NCBI GenBank assembly: GCA_947053345.1
Contig: CAMRSM010000006.1
Span: 83,370 to 115,369 of the forward strand
Direction of reading: 5' to 3'
Origin: an uncultured Lachnospiraceae bacterium
Lineage (GTDB): Bacteria; Bacillota; Clostridia; Lachnospirales; Lachnospiraceae
Length of the DNA: 32,000 nucleotides
Shown piece after piece: positions 1-8,560 of this stretch. A model generated the notes under the pieces. That model had not been told where the DNA came from. It was given only the letters and a program-made list of their open reading frames with translations, and made no database searches. Position 1 is the stretch's first letter, and every line of letters starts with the position of its first letter. Made by a program: the position numbers and the translations under genes.

Positions 1-128
1 TAGTCTGTGCCGCCGCCGTGCCGCAGATTGCGGAAACCTTTGAGCACGACGGGAAATTTTATTCAGCGAAGAAAGTAAAGAACCGCAAACGCGGCGCAAA
101 AGGGCAGAAAGCGAATCTGAACATCTAG
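1..128 (+). CDS. 3' end of an unidentified CDS (partial; continues left of the window)
   Basis: The frame starting at nt 3 stays open to TAG at 126-128 (...ETFEHDGKFYSAKKVKNRKRGAKGQKANLNI*). Third codon positions are GC-rich, like the other genes here. No family is recognisable from 41 residues. Confidence 0.3.
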   Translation, partial: VCAAAVPQIAETFEHDGKFYSAKKVKNRKRGAKGQKANLNI

Positions 129-234
129 GAGCCTTTGGCGGAGCACCGCATCCGGTGGCGGAAACATTTCCATCCGCGATTCCCTAAAAGCAGGCCAGCC
201 ATTTTCTTCCAATAGCCACAGGCTGCTTTCCATA

Positions 235-294
235 CACAAAAATGCCGTAAGATCAATGTCCGCTTGCCTTTCTTCCCGCCATTGATCTTACGGC
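235..294 (-). terminator. Rho-independent terminator downstream of the MCP gene
   Basis: 15-bp inverted repeat GCCGTAAGATCAATG (244-258) / CATTGATCTTACGGC (280-294). On the minus strand it is followed by ATTTTTGTG (235-243). It lies 42 nt after the MCP stop codon. Confidence 0.6.
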
Positions 295-336
295 CTCCCT
301 CATTCCGGCCAGTCTGCCTGCATCAGCCCGCCCCGT

Positions 337-2055
337 CTAAAGCCTTACAAAAATCGCTGTCTCTTTCTTTAAGTCCTCCGCGATCGCGCGGTTCTCGTCC
401 ATACGGCAGTTGATTTGTTCCACATCCGCCACCAGCGCCTGTGTACTGTCCGCCGCGCCGGAAACTCCCTGGACACCCCCCTCGATCGCAACCGTGATCT
501 TTCGGATGGAATCTGCAATCTGCTCCATCTCATCGCGCAGATGGTCCGTCTTATCCGTAAATTCGTTCATTGTACCTTCGATATGGGTCGCCGCTTCTTC
601 GTAGCGTTTTCCCCGCTCCACAAACTTCCCAAATTCCACAAGAATTGATTCGTTCACATAACCGATCATGCCGGAAGCACTGTCCGAAAGGTTGTGTACC
701 GCCTGGATCACAATATTGTTGATCTGTTGGATATTGTTTGCCGTCTCACGGCTTAAATCTGCCAGCTGCCGGATTTCCTCCGCGACCACGGAGAAACCGC
801 GGCCTGCCTCCCCTGCCCGCGCTGCCTCGATCGACGCATTTAAGGCCAACAGATTTGTCTGGGAGGAAATATTTAAAATATCATTGGTCAGGCTGTTGAC
901 CTGATCCACGCTCTTAGAGTCAAGGATCGCCTGCCGCAGTACTTCCCCAATCTCACGCACACGCCTATCCGTCTCCTCCATGCTGCTTTTCGCATCCGCT
1001 GCCATAGCATCGGCATCGGCGCGCATCTTCCTCGCATAATCATTGATTTCCACCGATTTGCCCGCAATACGGTTCACATTCTCCTGCACCACGGAAGCGT
1101 TGCGGTTGATGGTTCCGGTTGAGCTTGAAACCTCCTGCATGGTTGCGGAAAGCTCCTGCGTCACCGCCGAAAGATCCGTGACACTGTTATTGGAATCGTG
1201 GACGCTGGACAGCACTTCGCTTACCACCACATCCATGCGCTCTGAATTTCCCGAGATGGTTTTTAGGATCTGCTGAAGCTTATCCATAAAGGTGTTGATG
1301 CCGCCGGAAAGCGCCGCAATCTCATCGTTGTACAAAAGCGTCAGCCTCCGGGTCAGGTCGCCTTCCCCGCGCCCGATCCCCGACGTGATCTCGTTCAGTT
1401 CATTCTGTGCCGTGGAGATTGGCCTCACAACACGCACGAAGACAATGCCCACCGCCGCGATCAGCGCAAGAAGGCTAACAGCGATCGTGCAGATATTTTC
1501 GGTCAGGGATGCCTGATACACGTCATTCAGTGTCGCGCGCGCCTGCGCCGACTGCGTCGTCAGTTTATCCATCATCCCCTCCAGCCCATTCCGCATCGCG
1601 TTCCCATAATTTTCCAGATCCCCGTTCGCGATGGCATACGCTTCGGCCGTTTTCCGGTCGGCACTCTTCGCGACAAGAAAAAGGATCGCCCGCTTGAACT
1701 GCCCGTAATTTTCCTTGAGTTCTGCCATCGGCATCCCGCTCATTGTATTAAAATCATCAAGCATTTTGTCAAGCGCCTGCTCCCGCACTTTGATTTCCTC
1801 CACCACCCGGATCATCGTGTCAAAATCAACTGCGATGATGTGCGTCAAAGCCAATTTATGTATACTCTGCACCGCCTCCTCAATCTCGGAAAGCCTTTCG
1901 ATCCCGGTCATGTAATTATCCACAATATTGGATGCATTTGCATTTACATTCTTAATATTCCGAATTGCCAATAGATTGGAAATGACGGACACAATCCCAA
2001 GAATGAGCATCGGGATCACAATCATGACTTTAATGCTGCTGTGTCTTTTTTCCAT
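337..2055 (-). CDS. Methyl-accepting chemotaxis protein (N-terminal TM, helical sensor, second TM, HAMP, MA signalling domain)
   Basis: 572-aa ORF with the highly conserved MCP hairpin motif [31 protein letters not shown]. Hydrophobic segments are [20 protein letters not shown] and [20 protein letters not shown], followed by a HAMP-like stretch. RBS AGGAGG lies 7 nt upstream of the ATG. Confidence 0.95.
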   Translation of the reverse strand: MEKRHSSIKVMIVIPMLILGIVSVISNLLAIRNIKNVNANASNIVDNYMTGIERLSEIEEAVQSIHKLALTHIIAVDFDTMIRVVEEIKVREQALDKMLDDFNTMSGMPMAELKENYGQFKRAILFLVAKSADRKTAEAYAIANGDLENYGNAMRNGLEGMMDKLTTQSAQARATLNDVYQASLTENICTIAVSLLALIAAVGIVFVRVVRPISTAQNELNEITSGIGRGEGDLTRRLTLLYNDEIAALSGGINTFMDKLQQILKTISGNSERMDVVVSEVLSSVHDSNNSVTDLSAVTQELSATMQEVSSSTGTINRNASVVQENVNRIAGKSVEINDYARKMRADADAMAADAKSSMEETDRRVREIGEVLRQAILDSKSVDQVNSLTNDILNISSQTNLLALNASIEAARAGEAGRGFSVVAEEIRQLADLSRETANNIQQINNIVIQAVHNLSDSASGMIGYVNESILVEFGKFVERGKRYEEAATHIEGTMNEFTDKTDHLRDEMEQIADSIRKITVAIEGGVQGVSGAADSTQALVADVEQINCRMDENRAIAEDLKKETAIFVRL

Positions 2056-2127
2056 GCTGCTTCCTCCTAACTTTAATCCCGTGCAGGATCCCTCCCGGAA
2101 GGACCCTTCTGTTTTAAGTCCCCTCCG

Positions 2128-3375
2128 TCAGTACAGCGAGGTGATCCCTTTGACCATCTCGTCCAAAATATCCTGCAAGCTCCTGCCATCCGGATTCCCT
2201 GCCGCCATAAGCTCCCCAAAATTCTGCGTCGGTGTCCAGTAACTTCCTGCGATCGACTGCAGGCTTGAAAACTCGGACTGTGCAAGGATGGCTTTGATCG
2301 CCGGAGCCGCCGCGATCTCCTCACTGGCCGATGCCCGGATATTGGAAGGTCCTTGTCCCCTGCGCTCAAAGCGAAGTGTCTGGTTTTCCTCGCTCGTTAT
2401 ATAAGCCGCCAGTTTCTGTGCCCATTTTCCCTGTTCGGAGTAAGCGTTTACACCCACCATCTTTTAACCGGCGAACGATGACATCTGCACCTGCTTTCCA
2501 CCGCAAGTGTAGGTCGGCAGCTTCGCCGCACCGTAATTCTCCCCCCAAATCTCCGCGACCAGGTTCGAATCCCACACACCGGAAACACCCGCGATTGCCG
2601 TGCCGTCCTTCACCTTATCCGCAAACAGCCCTGCCGCATCCAGCGCCCCGCTCTGCGCGACCGCGAGCATCCCCTTCGCGACATCCACACCCGTGATTTC
2701 CGTATCCGCCGCATTCCAGTTGCAGGCATTCGATACACCGTCAGGGTTTAGTCCGACCGTAAGGCCGGTCTCGCCAAAAAAGCTGTACAAATACCAGCCA
2801 GAGCTCCAGTCCATCATAAAATATTTGCCGTTCGCCGCAGCAACGCGCAGGATGCCGTCCAGCGTCTTCACATCCTCATCGCTCAGATAAGCTTTATTAT
2901 AATAAAGGAAATATCCATTGTCCGCCGTCATCGGATAGGCGTACATCACACCATTTACCGATGCTGCCTCACAGGCTGCTTCGATATTATCCGCAAGGAC
3001 TTTTGCCTGGTTCTCGACCGGGGCAAGAACCCCCGCCGCCACCATGACACGCAGCTGGTCATCCGCAAATGTAAACACATCCGGTCCGTCGTCTATGACC
3101 CCAAACAGCGCGTTCTTACAGTTGGATTCGCCCTGATACTCCACCGTAATGTCAAACTCCGCCTCCCCGGCATAACGGGCAGTAAATCCCGCAACCAGTT
3201 CATCCAAAAGTGCCGCGTCCTCCTCCGCCCCCCACAGGGTAAGCGAAACCGTCCCTTTCCCGGAAACTTCCGGCTTCCCCTGCGGCTGCTTTGCGCGGCC
3301 GTCACCGCATCCGCACAACCCGCAGACCGTCACAACACCTGCCAGCAAAATGGCAGGAAATCTGGTTTTTATCAT
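2128..3375 (-). pseudogene. Family-1 extracellular solute-binding lipoprotein (MalE/sugar-binding type) interrupted by a single in-frame TAA
   Basis: ORF 2464..3375 has a lipoprotein signal (ILLAGVVTVCGLCGCGDG) and an SBP-like body. ORF 2128..2460 is in the same frame and continues the fold (VGVNAYSEQGKWAQKLAAYITSEE...SYWTP...). The junction reads ...SSFAG-TAA-K-M-VGVNAY, so one stop codon at 2464-2466 splits a gene of about 415 codons. RBS GGAGGGGG precedes the ATG at 3375. Confidence 0.8.
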
Positions 3376-3498
3376 ACAATCCCCCTCCTATGGCTTTCAA
3401 TCTTACGGTTCTTATCCCCATGCATCCCGCAGGCCGATCCAAAACTTCCTCCCCTGCGGATGCCCGCCATCCGCCACCTGCGGATATTTACCGTTCAC

Positions 3499-3527
3499 AG
3501 TATAACATATCTGATGCGCTTTCTCAA
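3499..3527 (-). promoter_or_regulatory. Sigma-A-type promoter candidate for the SBP-MCP unit
   Basis: Minus strand reads TTGAGA (3522-3527), a 17-nt spacer, then TATACT (3499-3504), with TGT immediately upstream of the -10. This would give a leader of about 115 nt. Confidence 0.45.
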
Positions 3528-3651
3528 TATACTTTCCTGACCATATTTTTTTACTCATATTGTCAGGATATGTCCAAAAATCAATCCCCTCCTGTTCCGT
3601 AGACCACAGCCTGACGGCAGGAACATTTCTGCCATCCGCGCATAAGATACT

Positions 3652-3687
3652 ATAAAAACTGTGCCGTCTTACAGGTACGGCACAGTT
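3652..3687 (-). terminator. Orphan minus-strand intrinsic terminator-like hairpin
   Basis: 11-bp stem AACTGTGCCGT (3657-3667) / ACGGCACAGTT (3677-3687) with a 9-nt loop. On the minus strand the stem runs into TTTTTATAG. No minus-strand gene lies immediately upstream of it. Confidence 0.45.
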
Positions 3688-3762
3688 CCTGGCGCATCAA
3701 AACAGCATTGTTTTCTCTCAGAAAATGGGATATTCGTGATATAGCGCAGAAAAGAGGATACT

Positions 3763-4893
3763 ATGGAAATTTACGTTGTGAAGCCGGGGGATACGGTTGA
3801 CTCGATAGCCGCTGCGACGGGCGCGGCACTTTCCTCCATTATTTTTAACAACCAGCTGTTTTATCCTTACCGCCTTGCCGTAGGGGAAGCCCTGCTGATC
3901 TCTTATGAAGGGGATGCCGAACGCCAGGCCATTGACACCAACGGCTATGCTTACCCGCACATTGATCAGGACACCCTGCGGCAGGCACTTCCCTACATGA
4001 GCGCCCTTTCCGTCTTTTCTTACGGCTTTACCCCGGACGGCGTGCTCATCCCCCCACGCATTGATGATACTTTCCTTATCAACCTCGCGCAAAGCTATGG
4101 AACCCGGCCGGTGCTCACACTCACCCCGATCGACGCTTCCGGCACCTTCAATAACAATCTGATCACCGCGCTTGTCCACAACCCGGATGCCATCGCGCGT
4201 CTGATCGAGGCGCTCGGTGTCCAGATCACTTCACGCGGTTTCGAGGGGGTCGACATTGATTTCGAGTACATTCTTCCAAGCGACCGCGTTGCTTTCGCCG
4301 AATTTGTCGCCGCGGTGCGCCGCTCGGTCAACGCACTTGGTTTTCCCGTTTCCGTCGCGCTCGCACCAAAGACCTCCGATGACCAGAAAGGGGTTTTGTA
4401 CGAGGGGAAAGATTACGCACTGCTTGGGCAGGCAGCGGATTATGTGTTGTTGATGACGTATGAGTGGGGCTATACCTACAGCGTACCGATGGCCGTTGCC
4501 CCCATCGACAAAGTGCGCCGTGTCGTCGAATACGCCCTCACCCGCATCCCGGCAGAAAAAATCGACCTTGGCGTGCCGAATTACGGCTACGACTGGCCGC
4601 TGCCCTATGTCTCCGGCACGACCCGCGCCACCTCACTCGGCAATCTGGACGCGCGGGATCTGGCCGCCGAAAACGGCGCAGTCATTCAATTCGATGAGAC
4701 AGCCCAGTCCCCGTGGTATACCTACGAAAAGGATGGTACTGCCCATGAAGTCTGGTTCGAGGATGTCCGCAGTTACCGGGCAAAATTTTCCCTCGTGACA
4801 GAATACGGGCTCCGCGGAATCGGCTTCTGGCAGCTGATGCGCCCGAACCTTCCCGGATTCCTTCTGATGTCCGGAACTTTCTGGATCCGGTAA
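3763..4893 (+). CDS. LysM domain + glycoside hydrolase family 18 protein (YaaH/SleL-like spore peptidoglycan hydrolase)
   Basis: N-terminal LysM-like segment (YVVKPGDTVDSIAAATGAALSSIIFNNQL). GH18 catalytic motif DxDxE in GFEGVDIDFEYI and a TIM-barrel-like spacing of conserved blocks (MTYEWGY, NYGYDW). RBS AAGAGGA lies 5 nt upstream of the ATG. Confidence 0.9.
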   Translation: MEIYVVKPGDTVDSIAAATGAALSSIIFNNQLFYPYRLAVGEALLISYEGDAERQAIDTNGYAYPHIDQDTLRQALPYMSALSVFSYGFTPDGVLIPPRIDDTFLINLAQSYGTRPVLTLTPIDASGTFNNNLITALVHNPDAIARLIEALGVQITSRGFEGVDIDFEYILPSDRVAFAEFVAAVRRSVNALGFPVSVALAPKTSDDQKGVLYEGKDYALLGQAADYVLLMTYEWGYTYSVPMAVAPIDKVRRVVEYALTRIPAEKIDLGVPNYGYDWPLPYVSGTTRATSLGNLDARDLAAENGAVIQFDETAQSPWYTYEKDGTAHEVWFEDVRSYRAKFSLVTEYGLRGIGFWQLMRPNLPGFLLMSGTFWIR

Positions 4894-4968
4894 AAAGCAG
4901 AACCACAGCCCCGCGTCCCTCAAGGAAAAGGACATCCGCGACAAATGCCCGCCGGGTGTCCTGCCCTT

Positions 4969-5724
4969 TCATATCCTGGCTCTCAGTTTCAGCAAAATCT
5001 TTTTCTCCAGCCGTGATACCTGCACCTGGCTGATCCCCAGCGCCGCCGCAACCTCATTTTGGGTACGCTCCTCAAAATAGCGCATCGTGAGCAGGTTCCT
5101 CTCGGATTCCGGCAGGGTGTCAAGCAGTTCGAAGAGCAGCATATGGTCAAGCAGCTTTTCCTTCTCCGCATCGACCGCCTCCCCCATTCCGGAAAGCCTC
5201 CCGGCTGCCCCGTCCGTTCCCTGCACCACCTGATCAATCATGCAGATTTCACTGCCGTCCCCCTGATATACGGTGCGGTAGATGGAATCCACCTCCGCCC
5301 CCGCCTCCATCGCCATAACGATATCCTCGCGCTTGAGCTCGGTCGCGGCGGCGATTTCCTCCAAAGTCGCCTCCCGGCCAAGCTTGCGCTCCAAAGTCTC
5401 ACAGGCCTGACGGATTTTCCACGCGTTTTCTTTCATCGTCCGCGATACTTTCACCGGCCCGTCATCCCGCAAAAAACGCCGTATTTCCCCTGTGATCATC
5501 GGCACGGCATAGGTCGAAAACTGTACGTCATAATTTAGGTCAAACTTATCAACCGCCTTCATCAGGCCGATGCTGCCAATCTGGAAGAGATCGTCCGCCT
5601 CATAGCCCCTGCCAAGGAATCTGCGCACAATGCTCCAGACCAGCCCGATGTTTTCCGTAATCATCTGTTCCCTTGCTGCTTTATCTCCCTGTTTGCACCG
5701 CATCAGCAACAAACCCTGGTCCAC
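4969..5724 (-). CDS. sigF: Sporulation RNA polymerase sigma factor F
   Basis: Near-identical blocks to Bacillus SigF: LVWSIVRRFLGRGYEADDLFQIGSIGLMKAVDKFD, FSTYAVPMITGEIRRFLRDDGPVKVSR and GISQVQVSRLEKKIL. It is the third gene after spoIIAA/spoIIAB. GTG start is preceded by AAGGAGG with 7-nt spacing. Confidence 0.93.
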   Translation of the reverse strand: MDQGLLLMRCKQGDKAAREQMITENIGLVWSIVRRFLGRGYEADDLFQIGSIGLMKAVDKFDLNYDVQFSTYAVPMITGEIRRFLRDDGPVKVSRTMKENAWKIRQACETLERKLGREATLEEIAAATELKREDIVMAMEAGAEVDSIYRTVYQGDGSEICMIDQVVQGTDGAAGRLSGMGEAVDAEKEKLLDHMLLFELLDTLPESERNLLTMRYFEERTQNEVAAALGISQVQVSRLEKKILLKLRARI

Positions 5725-5765
5725 CGATAGCCTCCTTATTTCTTTTATGTGGAAGAACTCCCATC

Positions 5766-6341
5766 CTACTGGCCGTCACAAGCCCTGCGCGTCCCCATAT
5801 CTTCCTGTGATATTTTTTTCTTCATGCAGACGAGCGTCCCACAGTTTTTTTGCGAATATACCTCAAGTTCATCCATAAATGCCTCCATAAATGCAAAACC
5901 CATGCCGGAGCGCTCCATATCCGCCCTCGTCGTGTACATTGGCTCCATCGCGGAAAGCACATCCGCGATACCCGCGCCCCAATCCTCCACCTCAATCCAT
6001 ACCTCGTGCCCGGAAAGCCCCAAACGCATACAGATCGTGCCGTCCCCTTCCCCATAGCCGTGGATGACCGCGTTTGTCACCGCCTCTGAAACCGCCGTCT
6101 TAATGTCCGCCAGTTCCTCCAGCGTCGGGTTGAGCTGCGCCGCGTATGCCGCGGCTACCATGCGGGCAAAACTCTCATTGCGCGACTGTGCGGCAAACTG
6201 TAAACTAACCCCGTTTTCCATCCCTTTTGCGGGCTGCTCCTTTGTCCTCTGCCCCCGCGCCGCTCCGAACAGCCTGCATTTTTCCTCCGGCAATACCTGC
6301 CTTTCCCCCGCAATGCTCACAACTCCCTGAATCTGTTCCAT
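5766..6341 (-). CDS. spoIIAB: Anti-sigma F factor / serine protein kinase SpoIIAB (alternative internal start at 6221)
   Basis: From Met41 the protein matches SpoIIAB (LQFAAQSRNESFARMVAAAYAAQLNPTLEELADIKTAVSEAVTNAVIHGY; GHKL ATPase-type blocks EVEDWGAGI and ERSGMGF). The ATG at 6341 has a strong AAAGGAGGA site 10 nt upstream and starts 22 nt after the spoIIAA stop. The ATG at 6221 would give the canonical protein of about 151 aa. Confidence 0.85.
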   Translation of the reverse strand: MEQIQGVVSIAGERQVLPEEKCRLFGAARGQRTKEQPAKGMENGVSLQFAAQSRNESFARMVAAAYAAQLNPTLEELADIKTAVSEAVTNAVIHGYGEGDGTICMRLGLSGHEVWIEVEDWGAGIADVLSAMEPMYTTRADMERSGMGFAFMEAFMDELEVYSQKNCGTLVCMKKKISQEDMGTRRACDGQ

Positions 6342-6363
6342 TATGACTCATCCTCCTTTTTAG

Positions 6364-6762
6364 TCAGTTCCCGCTCGGTATATCCGCCCCCGGCATCCGT
6401 TTTTTCCCCAGTGCCGCAAGTGCTTCTTTTCTGTCCCCAAAGCGCGGCATGATCCGGTACAGCCCCGACAATGTCAAGATCCGGTCAATCTCCGCCCCAA
6501 CACCGCAGCAGGCGATATTGCCCCCCTGAAAAATCACTTTCTTGTAACGCCCCATGATCACACCGATTCCGGAACTATCCATAAAATGGATCCCCGAAAA
6601 ATCAAAGAGGAGATGCAGTGCCCCGCCCCGCTCTATCTGCTCATCCGCCTCCTGCCGCACCTGTACCGCACAGCAATGATCCAATTCCTGCACCGGCATG
6701 ATGATAAGCACCGGCCCGCACTGCTCGTACTGCGCCGCTTTTTTCGTTTCCTGCCGCTCCAT
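6364..6762 (-). CDS. spoIIAA: Anti-anti-sigma F factor SpoIIAA (STAS domain)
   Basis: STAS motif with the phosphorylatable serine context HFMDSSGIGVIMGRYKK, plus ILTLSGLYRI. Start was chosen at MERQETKK (ATG 6760-6762) behind GAAAGGAG. The longer 208-aa track ORF would overlap the upstream gene and has no protein-like N-terminus. Confidence 0.85.
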   Translation of the reverse strand: MERQETKKAAQYEQCGPVLIIMPVQELDHCCAVQVRQEADEQIERGGALHLLFDFSGIHFMDSSGIGVIMGRYKKVIFQGGNIACCGVGAEIDRILTLSGLYRIMPRFGDRKEALAALGKKRMPGADIPSGN

Positions 6763-6791
6763 ATCAAATCCACTCCTTTCTGCTTCTTTTA

Positions 6792-6808
6792 CGTCGCACC
6801 CTGTCGAA
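6792..6808. promoter_or_regulatory. Two Spo0A-box-like heptamers 10 nt apart, upstream of spoIIAA
   Basis: Plus strand has TGTCGAA (6802-6808, exact 0A-box consensus) and CGTCGCA (6792-6798, degenerate), with 10-nt start-to-start spacing. They lie 30-45 nt upstream of the spoIIAA ATG. Confidence 0.3.
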
Positions 6809-6846
6809 ACAAAAGAAAAGAGGTCAGCCCGCTGCTGTCCTCTTTT
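6808..6846 (-). terminator. Terminator-like hairpin after the zinc-ribbon/TPR gene
   Basis: Minus strand reads AAAAGAGGACAGC-AGCGG-GCTGACCTCTTTT followed by CTTTTGTTT. The stem is GAGG.CAGC / GCTG.CCTC with one A-A mismatch, and a T-rich tail follows. Confidence 0.5.
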
Positions 6847-6880
6847 CAAACGGTATCTTATTCTCTTTTCCTTCTGTTTC

Positions 6881-8302
6881 TTATTCTTCCTCCATCCCCA
6901 TCTCCCCGAGCCTTGTCCTCGCGTAGCCCGCCAGGGAAGAATCCGGGAACTGAGAGACCAGAAGCCGGTAATACTGGGCAGCCTGCTCATACGCCTCCAT
7001 CAGCTGGTAGGATTTTCCAAGGTAATAGCAGCAATAATCGTTGCGGAAACCGTAATCGTAGGATGCCTGCAGATAAATAGCCGCCTGTTCATAATCCCCG
7101 TCATCGTGCGCCTGCCGCCCAAGCGTGTAAGCAGGTTCTGCCACCCGGTCATAAATATCCCTCTGCATCTCCTGCACGAGTTTTTTCGCATCTGCATTAT
7201 CCATCCGCTCCGTATCAAGCCCGGAAAGCTTACCCGCCAGTTCCAGCAGCTCCTCCGGAGACACATCTTCCTTCACGGACACAACGAGATACTCCTGCAA
7301 TGCCAAAAACAGGTCATTGTACATCTCAACGTCGTACTCCGGTATCTCAAGCCCGGAAAGCTCCCTCTGCGTCTCCTCATATCTCGTCTTCCACAGTTCC
7401 GCTTCCTTCTCAAGCGATGTGATCGCCGCCTCCTTGATGCGTAATTCACTGCTGTAATCCAACTGGTTCTTCTCAAACTCCATGCGGATATTTTTGCGCG
7501 CCGTCGGGACGATCAGGAAAAATGTCACGAGAACCCCCAGGAGCGCCCCGATGACAAGCGCAACCCAAGCCATGACATTGGGCTTGTCCTCACTGTAATT
7601 GCCGGATGCCGCCGGGCGCAGACTTCCGATGCTTTCCACGGCCGCAAGTTCCTGCTCCCCCGACTGCGGGGCTTCTTTTTCTGTCTCCGCCTGGGCAGTG
7701 ATCTCCTTTAAATAGCGCAATGTTTTCGTATTTGCGACATCAATCTTCGCCGCGTACGTAAGCTGCTTTCTCGCCCGCTCCTTATCCCCCGTATGCAGAT
7801 ATAAAAGTGCCAAGAGCTGTCTTGCACGCAGGAAATTCGGGCTGAGGCTGACCGCCTTTTTTAGTTGGAGGATCGCCATGTCATCCCCCCCCTGCTTCGC
7901 CGATTCCAGCGCAAGGTTGTATTTCCGGATCGCCTGGTTCATCGCGTCAAATTTCGCCGGACTGTTCTGGACTTTCTCCATATACTCATCCGCCCGGTTA
8001 TCATCCGGCTGGAAATGCTTGCTGACGACCCATTCCCCCAATGCCGCAACGGTCTCACCCATCTCAAAATAGACAAGCCCCAGAAGGTTCCTCGCCACCG
8101 TATTCCGCTTATTCATCTCCAAGCTCTTTTTCAGCATCTGGACCGCGCCGCTTAAGTCCCGCACCCCCGCGCGTTCCAAGCCCTTATTATAATACAGGTT
8201 CGAGGACTGCATTATCTTTTTGTATACTGTCAGCTCCGCCCCGCAGGAATCACAGTATGTAACCGCCCCCCGGACCGCGTTGCCGCAACGTGGACATATC
8301 AT
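6881..8302 (-). CDS. Zinc-ribbon / TPR-repeat membrane protein, function unknown
   Basis: N-terminal CPRCG...CDSCG zinc ribbon, then TPR-like repeats (LGLVYFEMGETVAALGEW..., ALLYLHTGDKERARKQL). One TM helix (VMAWVALVIGALLGVLVTFFLIV), a coiled-coil-like segment and C-terminal TPR-like repeats (YYLGKSYQLMEAYEQAAQYYRLLV). RBS GAGGAA. Confidence 0.8.
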   Translation of the reverse strand: MICPRCGNAVRGAVTYCDSCGAELTVYKKIMQSSNLYYNKGLERAGVRDLSGAVQMLKKSLEMNKRNTVARNLLGLVYFEMGETVAALGEWVVSKHFQPDDNRADEYMEKVQNSPAKFDAMNQAIRKYNLALESAKQGGDDMAILQLKKAVSLSPNFLRARQLLALLYLHTGDKERARKQLTYAAKIDVANTKTLRYLKEITAQAETEKEAPQSGEQELAAVESIGSLRPAASGNYSEDKPNVMAWVALVIGALLGVLVTFFLIVPTARKNIRMEFEKNQLDYSSELRIKEAAITSLEKEAELWKTRYEETQRELSGLEIPEYDVEMYNDLFLALQEYLVVSVKEDVSPEELLELAGKLSGLDTERMDNADAKKLVQEMQRDIYDRVAEPAYTLGRQAHDDGDYEQAAIYLQASYDYGFRNDYCCYYLGKSYQLMEAYEQAAQYYRLLVSQFPDSSLAGYARTRLGEMGMEEE

Positions 8303-8339
8303 GTTCTTTCCTCATTTCCTTATCTGGTTTTCCGCCGGC

Positions 8340-8480
8340 CTACTGGTTCTTCTTGTCCTTAAGGATCTTGTCCAAAATATCCGAAATATCCGTCAGGTCA
8401 TTGTTATAAATGGCCTCCTCCGCCTCATCCACCTCAAGGCTCGGTTGGTAAGTGCTAAGTTCCTTTTCAAAATTTATCAT
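8340..8480 (-). CDS. Small acidic hypothetical protein (46 aa)
   Basis: MINFEKELSTYQPSLEVDEAEEAIYNNDLTDISDILDKILKDKKNQ, with ATG at 8478-8480 behind GAAAGGAA. The longer 74-aa version would run into the FapA terminator and promoter. The ORF lies 37 nt upstream of the zinc-ribbon gene. Support is weak because only ORF and RBS are seen. Confidence 0.4.
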   Translation of the reverse strand: MINFEKELSTYQPSLEVDEAEEAIYNNDLTDISDILDKILKDKKNQ

Positions 8481-8523
8481 CGCGCTGCCATTCCTTTCGC
8501 ATCTAAAACCAATACATTCTATA

Positions 8524-8552
8524 ACTATACCGATTCCCGCAGGAAAAATCAA
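8524..8552 (-). promoter_or_regulatory. Sigma-A-type promoter candidate for the small ORF / zinc-ribbon-TPR unit
   Basis: Minus strand reads TTGATT (8547-8552), a 17-nt spacer, then TATAGT (8524-8529). It sits directly downstream of the FapA terminator. Confidence 0.45.
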
Positions 8553-8560
8553 TACCTTCC

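Noticed and set aside
2562-2572. GGTTCGAATCC, a perfect tRNA T-loop-like string
   Set aside because: The flanking bases cannot form a T-stem (CCAGG against CCCAC), and no acceptor or anticodon arms are apparent. It also lies inside the well-supported solute-binding protein reading frame. This is a coincidental match.
3718-4179. 153-aa minus-strand ORF overlapping the start of the LysM-GH18 gene
   Set aside because: It is antisense to a gene with clear LysM and GH18 motifs, has an Arg/Gly-rich shadow-frame composition, and shows no RBS.
6763-6990. N-terminal 76 codons of the 208-aa track ORF for spoIIAA
   Set aside because: The segment is Arg/Lys/Trp-rich and not protein-like. It overlaps the 3' end of the zinc-ribbon/TPR gene and spans the terminator-like hairpin. 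STAS homology and a good RBS begin at ATG 6762.
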